From Ignavibacteriota bacterium (lineage in GTDB: Bacteria > Bacteroidota > Ignavibacteria > UBA10030 > UBA6906), in NCBI GenBank assembly GCA_016218065.1, contig JACRFA010000097.1:940-64939 (forward strand): a stretch of 64,000 nucleotides of DNA, in the 5' to 3' direction. Each line of letters starts with the position of its first letter. Position 1 is the first letter of the stretch. This document shows positions 18,962 through 28,350 of this stretch, piece by piece. The notes below the pieces were generated by a model that was not told the DNA's origin, did not search any database, and saw nothing but the letters and a program-made list of their open reading frames with translations. Made by a program: the position numbers and the translations under genes.

Positions 18962-20578
18962 ATGAGGAAGCGGTTTTCACTGTTGTCCGTGAGTTTGATT
19001 ATCGTGCTGAGTTTGGTTGCCGGCGCTTGGTTGAACCAACTGATCTCCGGGGACAACATCTACGACCAGCTCAACAAGTTCAAAGACGTGCTGAGTATGG
19101 CGCAGAAGGTCTACGTCGAAGACGTGGACACAGGCAAGCTCACCGAGGCTGCCATCAGAGGTATGCTTGGCGAGTTGGATCCGCACTCTGTGTACATTTC
19201 CTCCGCCGAGATGCAGCGTGTCAAAGAAGACTTCCAGGGAAGCTTCGAAGGCATCGGCATCGAGTTTGCCGTTCTCAATGATACGCTCGTCGTTGTGACG
19301 CCAATTATTGGCGGACCGAGCGAGGCTCTTGGCATCGAGGCCGGCGATAAGATCGTCAAGATCGATGACACGTCGTCGGTAGGCATTACGCAGGAAGCGG
19401 TACCGAAGAAACTCCGCGGCCCGAAGGGCACGAAAGTAAGAGTCGCGATTGCCCGCGCAGGCATCAAAGATCTCTTGCAGTTCGAGATTACGCGAGACAA
19501 AATTCCTCTCTACACGGTTGACGCTTCTTTCATGGTCGATGACGAAGTCGGGTATGTGAGCGTTACGCGATTTGCTGCCACGACGCAATCGGAGTTTGTC
19601 GAGGCTGTGTCGAAGTTGAAGCGCGAAGGCATGAAGCGACTCGTGCTGGATCTTCGGTTCAACGGCGGCGGCTATCTCGATCAGGCGTTCAAGATGGTGG
19701 ATGAGTTGCTGCCGAAAGGAAAGAAGGTTGTCTATACAAAGGGACGCAGACCGGAGTTTAACGAAGAGTACATTTCGTCCGGCTCGGCGCGAGTTGCAGA
19801 TGTCGGGCTGGTTGTGCTTGTGAATAACGCATCGGCGTCGGCGAGCGAGATTGTCTCCGGCGCTGTGCAGGATTGGGATCGCGGACTGGTTGTCGGTGAA
19901 ACGACATTCGGCAAAGGTCTCGTGCAACGGCAGTATGATCTCACGGATGGTTCCGGTTTCCGGCTGACAACGGCACGGTACTACACACCGAGCGGCAGAT
20001 TGATTCAGCGTCCCTATGGCGAAGACAAAGTAAAGTATCAACGCGAAGCCTTTGAACGCAATGAAGAAGAAGGCGAGAACATCACGCACTCTGCCGAGAA
20101 AGATTCCGCACGACCGAAATTCAAGACTGCCGGCGGTAGAGTTGTGTACGGCGGCGGCGGCATCACGCCCGATTACATTGTGAAGGGCGAGCGACTTGGC
20201 GAATACGCCGTGCAGTTGCGCGCGAAACAAGTGTATCTGGATTTCGCAAACAAGTACCTCGACACACACGGCGCAGCCATCAGGCAAAAGTATGGCGCCG
20301 ACAGTCGTAAGTTCGCTAAGGATTTTGAGATCACAGACGAGATACTGGAAACGATCAACTCAATGGCGAAGAACAAAGGCGTTGAGTTCAAGAAAGAGGC
20401 ATACGATAAAGATGTGCGGTTCGTGAAGTTGCTTGCTAAAGCGTCGATTGCCCGCTCGATCTGGGGCAACGTCGGGTCTTCTCGCGTTACGCTGCTGGAC
20501 GACAATCAGTTCAAGAAAGCAATCAGTCTGTTCCCGGAAGCGGAGAAGATCTCCAAGAGTCTGACTAGTCTGAAGTAA
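18962..20578 (+). CDS. ctpA: Carboxyl-terminal processing protease (S41 family, PDZ-containing)
   Basis: Signal/anchor 'MRKRFSLLSVSLIIVLSLVAGAWL'. PDZ region. S41 catalytic block 'LVLDLRFNGGGYLDQAFKMVDELL' and 'NNASASASEIVSGAVQDWDRGLVVGETTFGKGLVQ'. Confidence 0.85.
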   Translation: MRKRFSLLSVSLIIVLSLVAGAWLNQLISGDNIYDQLNKFKDVLSMAQKVYVEDVDTGKLTEAAIRGMLGELDPHSVYISSAEMQRVKEDFQGSFEGIGIEFAVLNDTLVVVTPIIGGPSEALGIEAGDKIVKIDDTSSVGITQEAVPKKLRGPKGTKVRVAIARAGIKDLLQFEITRDKIPLYTVDASFMVDDEVGYVSVTRFAATTQSEFVEAVSKLKREGMKRLVLDLRFNGGGYLDQAFKMVDELLPKGKKVVYTKGRRPEFNEEYISSGSARVADVGLVVLVNNASASASEIVSGAVQDWDRGLVVGETTFGKGLVQRQYDLTDGSGFRLTTARYYTPSGRLIQRPYGEDKVKYQREAFERNEEEGENITHSAEKDSARPKFKTAGGRVVYGGGGITPDYIVKGERLGEYAVQLRAKQVYLDFANKYLDTHGAAIRQKYGADSRKFAKDFEITDEILETINSMAKNKGVEFKKEAYDKDVRFVKLLAKASIARSIWGNVGSSRVTLLDDNQFKKAISLFPEAEKISKSLTSLK

Positions 20579-20585
20579 AACTTGC

Positions 20586-21428
20586 TTGAAACATATTCTC
20601 TTAGACATGGGTCAACTGAAATGCGGCAGTGCGTGCAGACGTGCTGCCGTTGTTTTTTTTCTGATCGCTTCATTCATCACCTCCACACAAAGTCAAACCA
20701 AATCCCCGGCTTCCAAAATCCTTGTTGAAGGGGAGGATCTCATCTACAACGTCCGGTACGGATTTGTCGATCTCGGACAAGTGAAGATCAAAACGCTGAA
20801 GCGTAGCGCGACCAACGGCGCGACGACATTCAAGACGATCGCCTATATCGATTCTTACAAAAAGATACCATTCGTCAACTTGCACGCTGTGTTCGAAAGC
20901 CTAATCGACAGCGTGGTCTTCTCGCATTTCTTTGTCGGTAAAAGCAAGGATGGCGACTACTGGAATTTTGGTCGTTACATCTTTGACTATCCGAAGAAGA
21001 AAGCCTATCTGGAGTTTGGCGGAAGAGATACGATCATCGAATCGCGTGACACGCTCACGCTCTCAGGCAGGACGCAGGACGGCCTTTCGCTTTTCTTCTA
21101 CGCGCGCGATCAGTTGTTTTCCGGACGGACACAGAACGTTCCCGCCATCGTCAAAGAAAAGAATGTGAACACGGTGATCAACTTCGCGGGAAAGCAGGAG
21201 TCGGTCGAGCTTGACTTCGTCGATTATCCCGTTGATGCAATTAGCTTTGATGGCACGATGGAGTTCACCGGAATTTTCGGACTGACCGGCGACTTTGAAG
21301 GCTGGTTCAGCAACGATGAAGCGCGTGTTCCCATTCTTGCGAAGATGAAAGTGATTCTCGGCAGCGTTACGATTGAGTTGATGGAATGGAAACGGGCGGG
21401 CTGGACACCACCTCGCGCACAAGACTAA
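20586..21428 (+). CDS. Hypothetical exported protein, 280 aa, possibly DUF3108-like
   Basis: N-terminal hydrophobic signal 'AAVVFFLIASFITSTQSQ'. No recognisable catalytic motifs. Coding-like composition. Confidence 0.5.
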   Translation: MKHILLDMGQLKCGSACRRAAVVFFLIASFITSTQSQTKSPASKILVEGEDLIYNVRYGFVDLGQVKIKTLKRSATNGATTFKTIAYIDSYKKIPFVNLHAVFESLIDSVVFSHFFVGKSKDGDYWNFGRYIFDYPKKKAYLEFGGRDTIIESRDTLTLSGRTQDGLSLFFYARDQLFSGRTQNVPAIVKEKNVNTVINFAGKQESVELDFVDYPVDAISFDGTMEFTGIFGLTGDFEGWFSNDEARVPILAKMKVILGSVTIELMEWKRAGWTPPRAQD

Positions 21429-21430
21429 TC

Positions 21431-21955
21431 ATGCCACTCATTACGTACAACGGCGCTCTTCCGTCCGTCGATCCGTCGGTGTTTGTTGCCGACGGGGTCC
21501 ATCTGATCGGCGACGTTCATCTCGCGAAGGACGTCAGCATTTGGTTCAACTCCGTGTTGCGCGGCGATATCAATCGCATTGATGTCGGCGAGCGAACGAA
21601 TATTCAGGACTGCACGGTAATTCACGTGACGCATGAGTTGGCGGTGCGCATTGGCAGCGATGTGACCGTCGGGCATCGCGCGATTATTCACGGCTGCACG
21701 ATTGGCGATTGCTCGCTGATCGGGATGGGCGCGGTGATTCTCGACAACGCAACGGTCGGCTCCGCGGCGCTCGTTGCTGCAGGCGCTGTCGTGTTGCAAA
21801 ATTTTGTCGTGCCCGACGGAATGTTGGCGGCAGGAGTTCCGGCGAAGATCATTCGTCCGCTGACCGACGACGAGAAACGTCAGATCAAAGAGTCGGCGTT
21901 TCATTACGCAGAGTATGCACGAGGGTACATGCCCGCAGCGGGAGATCGTTCATGA
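21431..21955 (+). CDS. Gamma-class carbonic anhydrase family protein (left-handed beta-helix, hexapeptide repeats; YrdA/PaaY-like)
   Basis: 'PSVDPSVFVADGVHLIGDVHLAKDVSIWFNSVLRGDINRIDVGERTNIQDCTVIHV' is the typical gamma-CA N-terminus. Its stop TGA at 21953-21955 overlaps the ATG of the next gene as ATGA. Confidence 0.8.
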   Translation: MPLITYNGALPSVDPSVFVADGVHLIGDVHLAKDVSIWFNSVLRGDINRIDVGERTNIQDCTVIHVTHELAVRIGSDVTVGHRAIIHGCTIGDCSLIGMGAVILDNATVGSAALVAAGAVVLQNFVVPDGMLAAGVPAKIIRPLTDDEKRQIKESAFHYAEYARGYMPAAGDRS

Positions 21956-22848
21956 GACTGAAGTTTTGGGGGACACGCGGCTCGATTCCGACGCCCGGCA
22001 AAGAGACCGTGCGCTACGGCGGAAACACGCCGTGCATTGAGGTTCGTCTCCGTGGCGAGCGGCTCGTGATTCTCGATGCGGGGACCGGCATTCGCGATCT
22101 CGGCGAGGCGCTGATGGCGAAGGGTGAGTCGGTGAACGCGCATCTGCTGATCGGGCATCCGCATTGGGATCACATTCAAGGCTTTCCGTTCTTCAAGCCC
22201 GCGTTCATTTCAGGCAACGAGCTGACGATTCTTGGCGCGCAATCGAAAAATGTCACGCTGCGCCAGATGATCTCCGATCAGATGAACAAAGTGTACTTCC
22301 CGATTCAGCTCAACGAACTGAAAGCCAAGATCAACTTTCATCCTCTTCGTGAGGGAACGATCGAAATCGCCGGAGCGAAACTGACATCGATCTACGTGAA
22401 TCATCCGGCATTTGCTCTCGGCTATCGACTGGAAGCCAACGGTCGCTCGGTTGTCTATATCAGTGACAACGAACCGTTTGACGGCGAGGTCGCTCGCTCG
22501 GTGAAGAACGTCGAAAAGGTCATTGTCGATAAGTACACCGAGACCAAGGGCGATCCCAATCAGCGCATTTTCGATTTTGCCCGCGGGGCCGATATTTTGA
22601 TTCATGATGCGACGTACACTCCGGAGGAGTATGTGAACCGCGTCGGCTGGGGACACTCGCACTATCTGTTCACACTCAAGGTGGCCGCCGAAGCTCAGGT
22701 GAAGAAGCTCGTCCTCTTTCATCACGACCCGTCGCACAGCGACGACAAGATCGACGAGATCGTCGATACGTGCAAGAAGGAGATCAAGACGCGCGGGTAC
22801 AAGTTTGACTGCGTTGCCGCGGCCGAAGGAATGGAACTTCAGTGCTAA
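21952..22848 (+). CDS. MBL-fold metallo-hydrolase
   Basis: 'MRLKFWGTRGSIPTPG...TPCIEVR...LVILDAGTG...LLIGHPHWDHIQGFPFF' carries the HxHxDH motif. The track ORF 21709..22848 is an out-of-register upstream extension and the real start is the ATG at 21952. Confidence 0.8.
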   Translation: MRLKFWGTRGSIPTPGKETVRYGGNTPCIEVRLRGERLVILDAGTGIRDLGEALMAKGESVNAHLLIGHPHWDHIQGFPFFKPAFISGNELTILGAQSKNVTLRQMISDQMNKVYFPIQLNELKAKINFHPLREGTIEIAGAKLTSIYVNHPAFALGYRLEANGRSVVYISDNEPFDGEVARSVKNVEKVIVDKYTETKGDPNQRIFDFARGADILIHDATYTPEEYVNRVGWGHSHYLFTLKVAAEAQVKKLVLFHHDPSHSDDKIDEIVDTCKKEIKTRGYKFDCVAAAEGMELQC

Positions 22849-22928
22849 GGGCTTCAACTGAAATCACCGTGATCGACAGCGAACAGGAGCGACCACGCAA
22901 CACCGGCAGTTGCAAATGGAGAATCGTC

Positions 22929-22957
22929 TTGACAATCACTCGAATGCTCTATATATT
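22929..22957 (+). promoter_or_regulatory. Candidate sigma70-type promoter for the cold-shock gene (TTGACA-17-TATATT)
   Basis: Consensus -35 TTGACA at 22929-22934, 17-nt spacer, TATATT at 22952-22957. The predicted TSS is about 43 nt upstream of the csp ATG. GGAG RBS at 22999-23002. Confidence 0.45.
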
Positions 22958-23007
22958 GGCGCAAGTTTGTTGCTGCACTATCAATCTCTCACAAAAACGG
23001 AGTGGTG

Positions 23008-23208
23008 ATGGAACGCGGAAAGGTGAAATGGTTCGACGCGAAGAAGGGATACGGCTTCATCGAGAAGCAGGGTGGAGGCGATGTCTTCGTCCACATCAGC
23101 GGTCTGAAGGACAAGGAGCAGAAGACATTGGCCGAAGGGACGTCCGTCGAATTCGAAATCACGAACGGAAAGAAAGGTCCGCAAGCGACGAACGTTGTTA
23201 TCCTTTAA
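23008..23208 (+). CDS. cspA: Cold-shock protein, CspA family
   Basis: 'KGKVKWFDAKKGYGFIE...DVFVHISGL' RNP1/RNP2 cold-shock domain, 66 aa. Confidence 0.9.
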   Translation: MERGKVKWFDAKKGYGFIEKQGGGDVFVHISGLKDKEQKTLAEGTSVEFEITNGKKGPQATNVVIL

Positions 23209-23230
23209 GAGTTGACAACAGTACCGTAAG

Positions 23231-23272
23231 AACCCCGCGGCTGCGTACACGACAGTTGCCTCGGGGTTTTGC
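23231..23272 (+). terminator. Rho-independent terminator-like hairpin downstream of csp
   Basis: 'AACCCCG-(24 nt)-CGGGGTT' followed by 'TTGCATTATG'. Confidence 0.5.
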
Positions 23273-23275
23273 ATT

Positions 23276-23773
23276 ATGTTGAAGAGAACACCTATGTCCT
23301 TTACCTTCAGGCAGTCTGATTTCAAGAAAATTGGCAAGCTTCTCAATGCAGCGCCGAAAGCGATGGGGACGAATTTTCGATTCGAGGTCAGCGGCAAAGA
23401 CCCACACCGCAAGCTCGCGCTGGAAATTTTTCCGCACATTCGCATCGGCGATCAGAAGGGCAATCTCGTTTCCGTCTATACCGAATCATCGCATTTGCAG
23501 CTCCACTTTTGTTCGGGGTTCGTGCTGAGCGATATGCTCGGCGAAGTGACGTTCATCGGAGAGCATAATGGGAAACTGAGCGGCCTCATTATTGAACGAG
23601 AAGGAGGATGCTCGCTGTATGCCAATGTCGATCGCACATTGCTCTCGGGCGACTTCACGCGCCTGGGTCCGGAGGTGATGCTGTCGGGAATCGCGCTTTC
23701 GCTGACTGATAGCATCCTCGACTCGGCGGATCGGAAATTGCCGCAAAGGAGAACAAAGAAGAAAGCTCGTTGA
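23276..23773 (+). CDS. Hypothetical protein, 165 aa; the start may be the downstream ATG at 23294
   Basis: ORF with coding-like composition between csp and ybeY. No recognisable motifs. The terminator U-tract overlaps the first listed ATG. Confidence 0.4.
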   Translation: MLKRTPMSFTFRQSDFKKIGKLLNAAPKAMGTNFRFEVSGKDPHRKLALEIFPHIRIGDQKGNLVSVYTESSHLQLHFCSGFVLSDMLGEVTFIGEHNGKLSGLIIEREGGCSLYANVDRTLLSGDFTRLGPEVMLSGIALSLTDSILDSADRKLPQRRTKKKAR

Positions 23774-24186
23774 TGCCGGAGGTGAGAGTGTTCAACGCGC
23801 ATCGCCGTTATCGGGTGCGAAAGGCGAGAGTGGAGGGTTATGTGAAGCAGGTGTTTGGAACGAGAAAGGCTTTGATCACCGTCGTTTTTGTTGACTCACA
23901 GCGCTGCAAATCGATCAACAGAACTTTTCTGCGCCACAACTACGTTACTGATGTTATCAGCTTCTGCCTAGAAACCTCGCCCATTCTGGAAGGCGAAGTG
24001 TATGTAAACCTCGATCGGGCGCGAGCACAGGCACGCGAGTACAATGTTACGCAGACAAATGAAATTGCGCGCCTCGTCATTCACGGATGCCTGCACTTGG
24101 CCGGGTACGATGATACCACAACTGCACAACGAGCAGCAATGAAAGCTGCCGAGGATAAAGCGCTGCAGCAGTTGTTCACACACTGA
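23770..24186 (+). CDS. ybeY: Endoribonuclease YbeY (rRNA maturation factor)
   Basis: 'VIHGCLHLAGYDD' variant of the conserved H..LHL.GYDH zinc-binding motif. About 138 aa. Confidence 0.85.
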   Translation: MMPEVRVFNAHRRYRVRKARVEGYVKQVFGTRKALITVVFVDSQRCKSINRTFLRHNYVTDVISFCLETSPILEGEVYVNLDRARAQAREYNVTQTNEIARLVIHGCLHLAGYDDTTTAQRAAMKAAEDKALQQLFTH

Positions 24187-24209
24187 ACGAAATAGGAGAA
24201 CCGGAACAC

Positions 24210-24665
24210 TTGAAAGAACGAGTCGTCGAAATTCTCGTGTACATCATGTCCGAAATCGAATCGAACAAGCGATTGAGCGATATTGATGTCGACGGATTGA
24301 AGCAGCGGGGCTACACGCAATCGGAGATCAGCATTGCGCTGAGCTGGTTGTATGAGAACGTGCCGATGCAGGACGGACACGTCGTGCATCAGGGTACATC
24401 ATCGTACGCGTCACGCCGCCAGTTGCACGACGCCGAACGCATGATGATGACCACGGAAGCGCAGGGCTATCTCATGCAGCTCAACGAACTGGGTCTTCTG
24501 GACAACCGCGAGCTGGAAACCGTGATTGAGCGGGCGATGGTCTCGGGCTTTGAGCAATTCACGATTTATGAAATGAGGGAAATCGTTGCTGCGGTGTTAT
24601 TCTCAAAAAAGAGCGCTGGAAACGATCGACACGTGCTGCCCAACGATTCAGAGACGATTCACTGA
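24210..24665 (+). CDS. smg: Smg (DUF494) family protein
   Basis: Architecture and blocks ('ISIALSWLYE...', 'LNELGLLDNRELETVIERAMV') parallel E. coli Smg. It sits directly upstream of topA, as in other bacteria (compare E. coli yrdD-smg). Confidence 0.7.
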   Translation: MKERVVEILVYIMSEIESNKRLSDIDVDGLKQRGYTQSEISIALSWLYENVPMQDGHVVHQGTSSYASRRQLHDAERMMMTTEAQGYLMQLNELGLLDNRELETVIERAMVSGFEQFTIYEMREIVAAVLFSKKSAGNDRHVLPNDSETIH

Positions 24666-27043
24666 TGGCGAAGAAAAAGAAAATAGAACCAAGCAACGGA
24701 CAAGCGTCTAAGACACCCGACGTGTCGCCGAAACCGAAGACGAAACGCCGACGTCCCGGCTTTGTTGATGACGTTCCCGTCGGAGCGAAGTTGATCATTG
24801 TCGAATCGCCGTCAAAGGCAAAGACGATCAACAAATATCTTGGCAAGGACTACATCGTCGAGGCGTCGGTCGGGCATATCAAGAATCTGCCGAAAAGTAA
24901 ACTCGGTGTGAACGTCGATCATGACTTCAGCCTGGACTATGAGACGATCAAGGGAAAAGACGAGGTGATCGAGAAGCTGCGGATGCATGCAGCGAAGGCG
25001 GCGTCCATCTACATCGCGACCGACCCTGACCGTGAAGGCGAAGCGATTGCCTGGCACATTGCCAGGGAGGTCGATGGCTTCAACAAAGATATTCACCGCG
25101 TGCTTTTTCATGAGATCACAGAGCGCGGCATTAGCGAGGCGATGAGCAATCCGCGCGAGATTGATCAGAAGCTGGTCGATTCTCAGCAGGCGCGGCGCGC
25201 GATGGATCGGCTCGTGGGCTACAAAGTAACGCCGTTTCTCTGGAAGACGATGTTTTTCGGCGTGCTCTCTGCCGGGCGCGTTCAATCGGTTGCCGTCCGG
25301 CTCGTGTGCGAGCGCGAGGTGGCGATCAAGTCCTTCATCCCGGAAGAATACTGGTCGATCGTTGCCGAGTTTCAAGTCGTGGGAAGCGATCCGTTCTTCG
25401 CGAAGCTCTTCAAGGTAGCAGGATCCGAGCCGAAGATCGGAAACACGACGACTGCTGAAGGGTACGTCAACGACATCAAGAAGCAGACGTACCACATTGC
25501 AGACGTTCAGCGGAAACCTGTTCGCCGGAATCCTCCCGCGCCGTTCATTACAAGCACCTTGCAGCAGGAAGCTGCACGCCGGCTCCGCTTCAATGCGAAG
25601 CGCACCATGATGTTCGCGCAGAAGCTCTACGAAGGCGTCGAGCTGGGCGAGGAGGGCCGCGTCGGCTTGATTACCTACATGCGTACCGACTCGACGCGAT
25701 TGAGCGACGATGCCGTGAGCGACTTGCGCGTGTACATTCTCGAAAATTATGGGAAGGAATACGTTCCCGAAACGCCGCGACAGTTCAAGAAGGGGAAAAG
25801 CTCGCAGGACGCGCACGAGGCAATCCGACCGACGTCGCTGAAGCTTACACCCAAAGCCGTCAAGAAATATCTCGACAAAGAGATGTTTGAGTTGTATGAG
25901 TTGATCTGGAATCGTTTCGTCGCATGTCAGATGAGCCAGGCGGTGTTCGAGCAAACCACGGTGGATGTTCTTGGCGGCGACTATCTCTTCCGCGCATCCG
26001 ATTCGATTCCGAAGTTCCGCGGCTTCCTTCAGGTGTATGATGATATTGTTGATGAATCGGAGAAGGAGGTCGAGAACGACGACGACCCGCGATCCAATCT
26101 GCCTGCGAATCTCAAAGCAGAAGATCGAGCGAGTCTGACCAACCTGCTGCCAAATCAACACTTTACGAAACCGCCGGGACGGTACACGGACAGCTCGCTG
26201 ATCAAGGAGCTTGAAGCACTGGGCATCGGGCGGCCAAGCACGTATGCGATGATCGTTGACACGATTCAGGCGCGCAAGTACGTGGAGTCACGGGAGCGCC
26301 GCCTCTACCCGACGGAGTTGGGCATGACGGTGAATCGCATTCTCGTCAAAAGCTTTCCGCACATCATCAACGTGGACTTCACGGCGAAGATGGAGGACGA
26401 GCTTGAGACAATTGCCACGGGCGAACAAACGTACCTCCAGGTGATGGAAGATTTTTATCATCCGTTCATCAGCGATGTCGAGTCTGTTGAGAAGACGGCG
26501 TCTTCCATCAAGAAGTCGCTGCAGGAGACGACGGACGAGGTGTGTGAAGTCTGCGGCAAGCCCATGATTATCAAGTGGGGGCGCAACGGCAGGTTCATGG
26601 CCTGCAGCGGTTATCCGGCGTGCAAGACGACAAAGCCGCTGAAAGAGGAACAGGAAGCGACGAAACATATTGCCGGCGTGAAATGCGACGTGTGCGGCGG
26701 CGACATGATTATCAAGGGTGGAAAGTTCGGGGCATTTCTCGGTTGCTCAAACTATCCGACATGCACCTACACGCGTCCGATCGGCATCGGGATCAAATGT
26801 CCGAAGTGCAAAGACGGCGATGTGATCGAGCGGAAGACAAAGCGCAAGCGTGCGTTCTTCGGATGTTCGCGCTATCCGAATTGCGATTTCGCTTCGTGGG
26901 ATCGTCCGGTGTTGCAGGCCTGCGACACATGCGGCAATGCATACATGGTTCAGAAGTACACACAAACACGCGGCGAATTTTTGCAGTGTCCGAAGTGCAA
27001 GGCCGAAGTTGCGAAGGAACACGCTGAATCTGCTGCCTCATAA
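24665..27043 (+). CDS. topA: DNA topoisomerase I
   Basis: TOPRIM 'LIIVESPSKAKTINKYLG...VEASVGHI'. Topo IA core. Three or four C-terminal zinc ribbons ('CEVCGKPMIIKWGRNGRFMACSGYPACK', 'CDVCGGDMIIKGGKFGAFLGCSNYPTC', 'CPKCKDGDV...FFGCSRYPNC'). Confidence 0.95.
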   Translation: MAKKKKIEPSNGQASKTPDVSPKPKTKRRRPGFVDDVPVGAKLIIVESPSKAKTINKYLGKDYIVEASVGHIKNLPKSKLGVNVDHDFSLDYETIKGKDEVIEKLRMHAAKAASIYIATDPDREGEAIAWHIAREVDGFNKDIHRVLFHEITERGISEAMSNPREIDQKLVDSQQARRAMDRLVGYKVTPFLWKTMFFGVLSAGRVQSVAVRLVCEREVAIKSFIPEEYWSIVAEFQVVGSDPFFAKLFKVAGSEPKIGNTTTAEGYVNDIKKQTYHIADVQRKPVRRNPPAPFITSTLQQEAARRLRFNAKRTMMFAQKLYEGVELGEEGRVGLITYMRTDSTRLSDDAVSDLRVYILENYGKEYVPETPRQFKKGKSSQDAHEAIRPTSLKLTPKAVKKYLDKEMFELYELIWNRFVACQMSQAVFEQTTVDVLGGDYLFRASDSIPKFRGFLQVYDDIVDESEKEVENDDDPRSNLPANLKAEDRASLTNLLPNQHFTKPPGRYTDSSLIKELEALGIGRPSTYAMIVDTIQARKYVESRERRLYPTELGMTVNRILVKSFPHIINVDFTAKMEDELETIATGEQTYLQVMEDFYHPFISDVESVEKTASSIKKSLQETTDEVCEVCGKPMIIKWGRNGRFMACSGYPACKTTKPLKEEQEATKHIAGVKCDVCGGDMIIKGGKFGAFLGCSNYPTCTYTRPIGIGIKCPKCKDGDVIERKTKRKRAFFGCSRYPNCDFASWDRPVLQACDTCGNAYMVQKYTQTRGEFLQCPKCKAEVAKEHAESAAS

Positions 27044-27054
27044 TTCTCAGCGCA

Positions 27055-27969
27055 TTGATGCAAGAACATATCGCCACATTCTTGCAGTACCTCCGGGGGG
27101 AGCGCAATTACTCTCCTCATACGATCTCATCGTACGAAGACGATCTGAGAGATTTTACCCGATTCCTCTCGCGCCATTTCGGCGACGAAGCGTTCTCGCT
27201 GGAGAAGATCGACCAGATCACGTTGCGCATGTTTTTGCATGATCTTGTCGATCAACAATTCTCGAAGCGAAGCATTGCCCGCAAACTTGCCTGTCTGAAA
27301 TCATTCTTCCGTTATCTCCACAAGAAAAAAATCATTGAGACAAATCCGGCAGCCAATGTTCGCTCGCCCAAACTCGATAAGACGCTCCCGGCCGTTCTTG
27401 ACGAGCGCTCTGCCGAAGCACTGATGTCGCAGCCCGATACGACGACGCCCGAAGGACTGCGCGACCGGGCAATCCTCGAATGTTTCTACGGGACCGGAAT
27501 TCGTTTGAGCGAGCTGATCGGTCTCGACTGGACTGACATCAATATGCACGAAGGCACGTTGAAGGTAACAGGCAAGGGGAGTAAGCAACGTATTGTGCCC
27601 ATCGGCAGAAAGGCATTGGAGGCGCTCAGCGCATGGCGTGCCGGTTCCCGGGAATTTGTCGGCGAGAAATATCACTCTGACTGCGACGTCAGGGGCGTGT
27701 TTCTGACGAAGCGCGGCAAACGACTTTCACGCAAGGCAATTCACGTGCTCGTGAACAGATACATCGGAAGAGTTTCGGAAATTCACAAGAAGAGTCCGCA
27801 CGTGTTGCGGCACAGCTTCGCGACGCACATGATCGATCATGGCGCGGACTTGCGGGCTGTCAAGGAGTTGTTGGGGCATGAGAGTCTCTCGACGACGCAA
27901 GTGTACACACATGTGAGTGTTGAGCGGTTGAAAAAGATCTACGCGCAAGCGCATCCCAAAGCCTCATAG
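27055..27969 (+). CDS. xerD: Tyrosine recombinase XerC/XerD-like
   Basis: 'LRHSFATHMIDHGADLRAVKELLGHESLSTTQVYTHVS' with the R..H..R..Y catalytic tetrad context. About 300 aa. Confidence 0.85.
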   Translation: MMQEHIATFLQYLRGERNYSPHTISSYEDDLRDFTRFLSRHFGDEAFSLEKIDQITLRMFLHDLVDQQFSKRSIARKLACLKSFFRYLHKKKIIETNPAANVRSPKLDKTLPAVLDERSAEALMSQPDTTTPEGLRDRAILECFYGTGIRLSELIGLDWTDINMHEGTLKVTGKGSKQRIVPIGRKALEALSAWRAGSREFVGEKYHSDCDVRGVFLTKRGKRLSRKAIHVLVNRYIGRVSEIHKKSPHVLRHSFATHMIDHGADLRAVKELLGHESLSTTQVYTHVSVERLKKIYAQAHPKAS

Positions 27970-27998
27970 AACAGAACTGACGAGAAAGGAGCATCATC

Positions 27999-28331
27999 AT
28001 GGATATCAACTTTACGGCGCGACGCTTTCGGGCTCATCCGGATATCAAGAGCTATGCGATAGACGAAGTGAAGAAGCTCGAGAAACTGTACGATGGCATC
28101 GTGCGGGCTGAAGTGATTCTGTTTTACGAGCGAAGCACCAACAGCCTCAAAACTGCCGAGGTCAATCTGCATGTCCACGGCACGATGCTGACGGCTCATG
28201 AGAAATCGAATGATTACGTCAAGTCCATCGATGGCGCCATCGAGAAAATGAGCATGCAGCTGAGGAAGTACAAGGCGAAGCTGCGCGGCAAGGACAAAAC
28301 AAAAGTGCGGACCATTCGCGAGAAGGCATAG
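27999..28331 (+). CDS. hpf: Ribosome hibernation promoting factor (HPF / RaiA / YfiA family)
   Basis: 'MDINFTARRFRAHPDIKSYAIDEVKKLEKLYDGIVRAEVIL' is typical of sigma54-modulation / S30AE family proteins. 110 aa. Confidence 0.85.
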   Translation: MDINFTARRFRAHPDIKSYAIDEVKKLEKLYDGIVRAEVILFYERSTNSLKTAEVNLHVHGTMLTAHEKSNDYVKSIDGAIEKMSMQLRKYKAKLRGKDKTKVRTIREKA

Positions 28332-28350
28332 TCCGCCGAAAGGATCACCT

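Noticed and set aside
21709-21951. N-terminal 81-codon extension of the MBL hydrolase ORF
   Set aside because: It lies entirely inside the gamma-CA gene in another frame. The conserved MBL N-terminus 'MRLKFWGTRGS' begins at 21952 with an ATGA overlap to the upstream stop.
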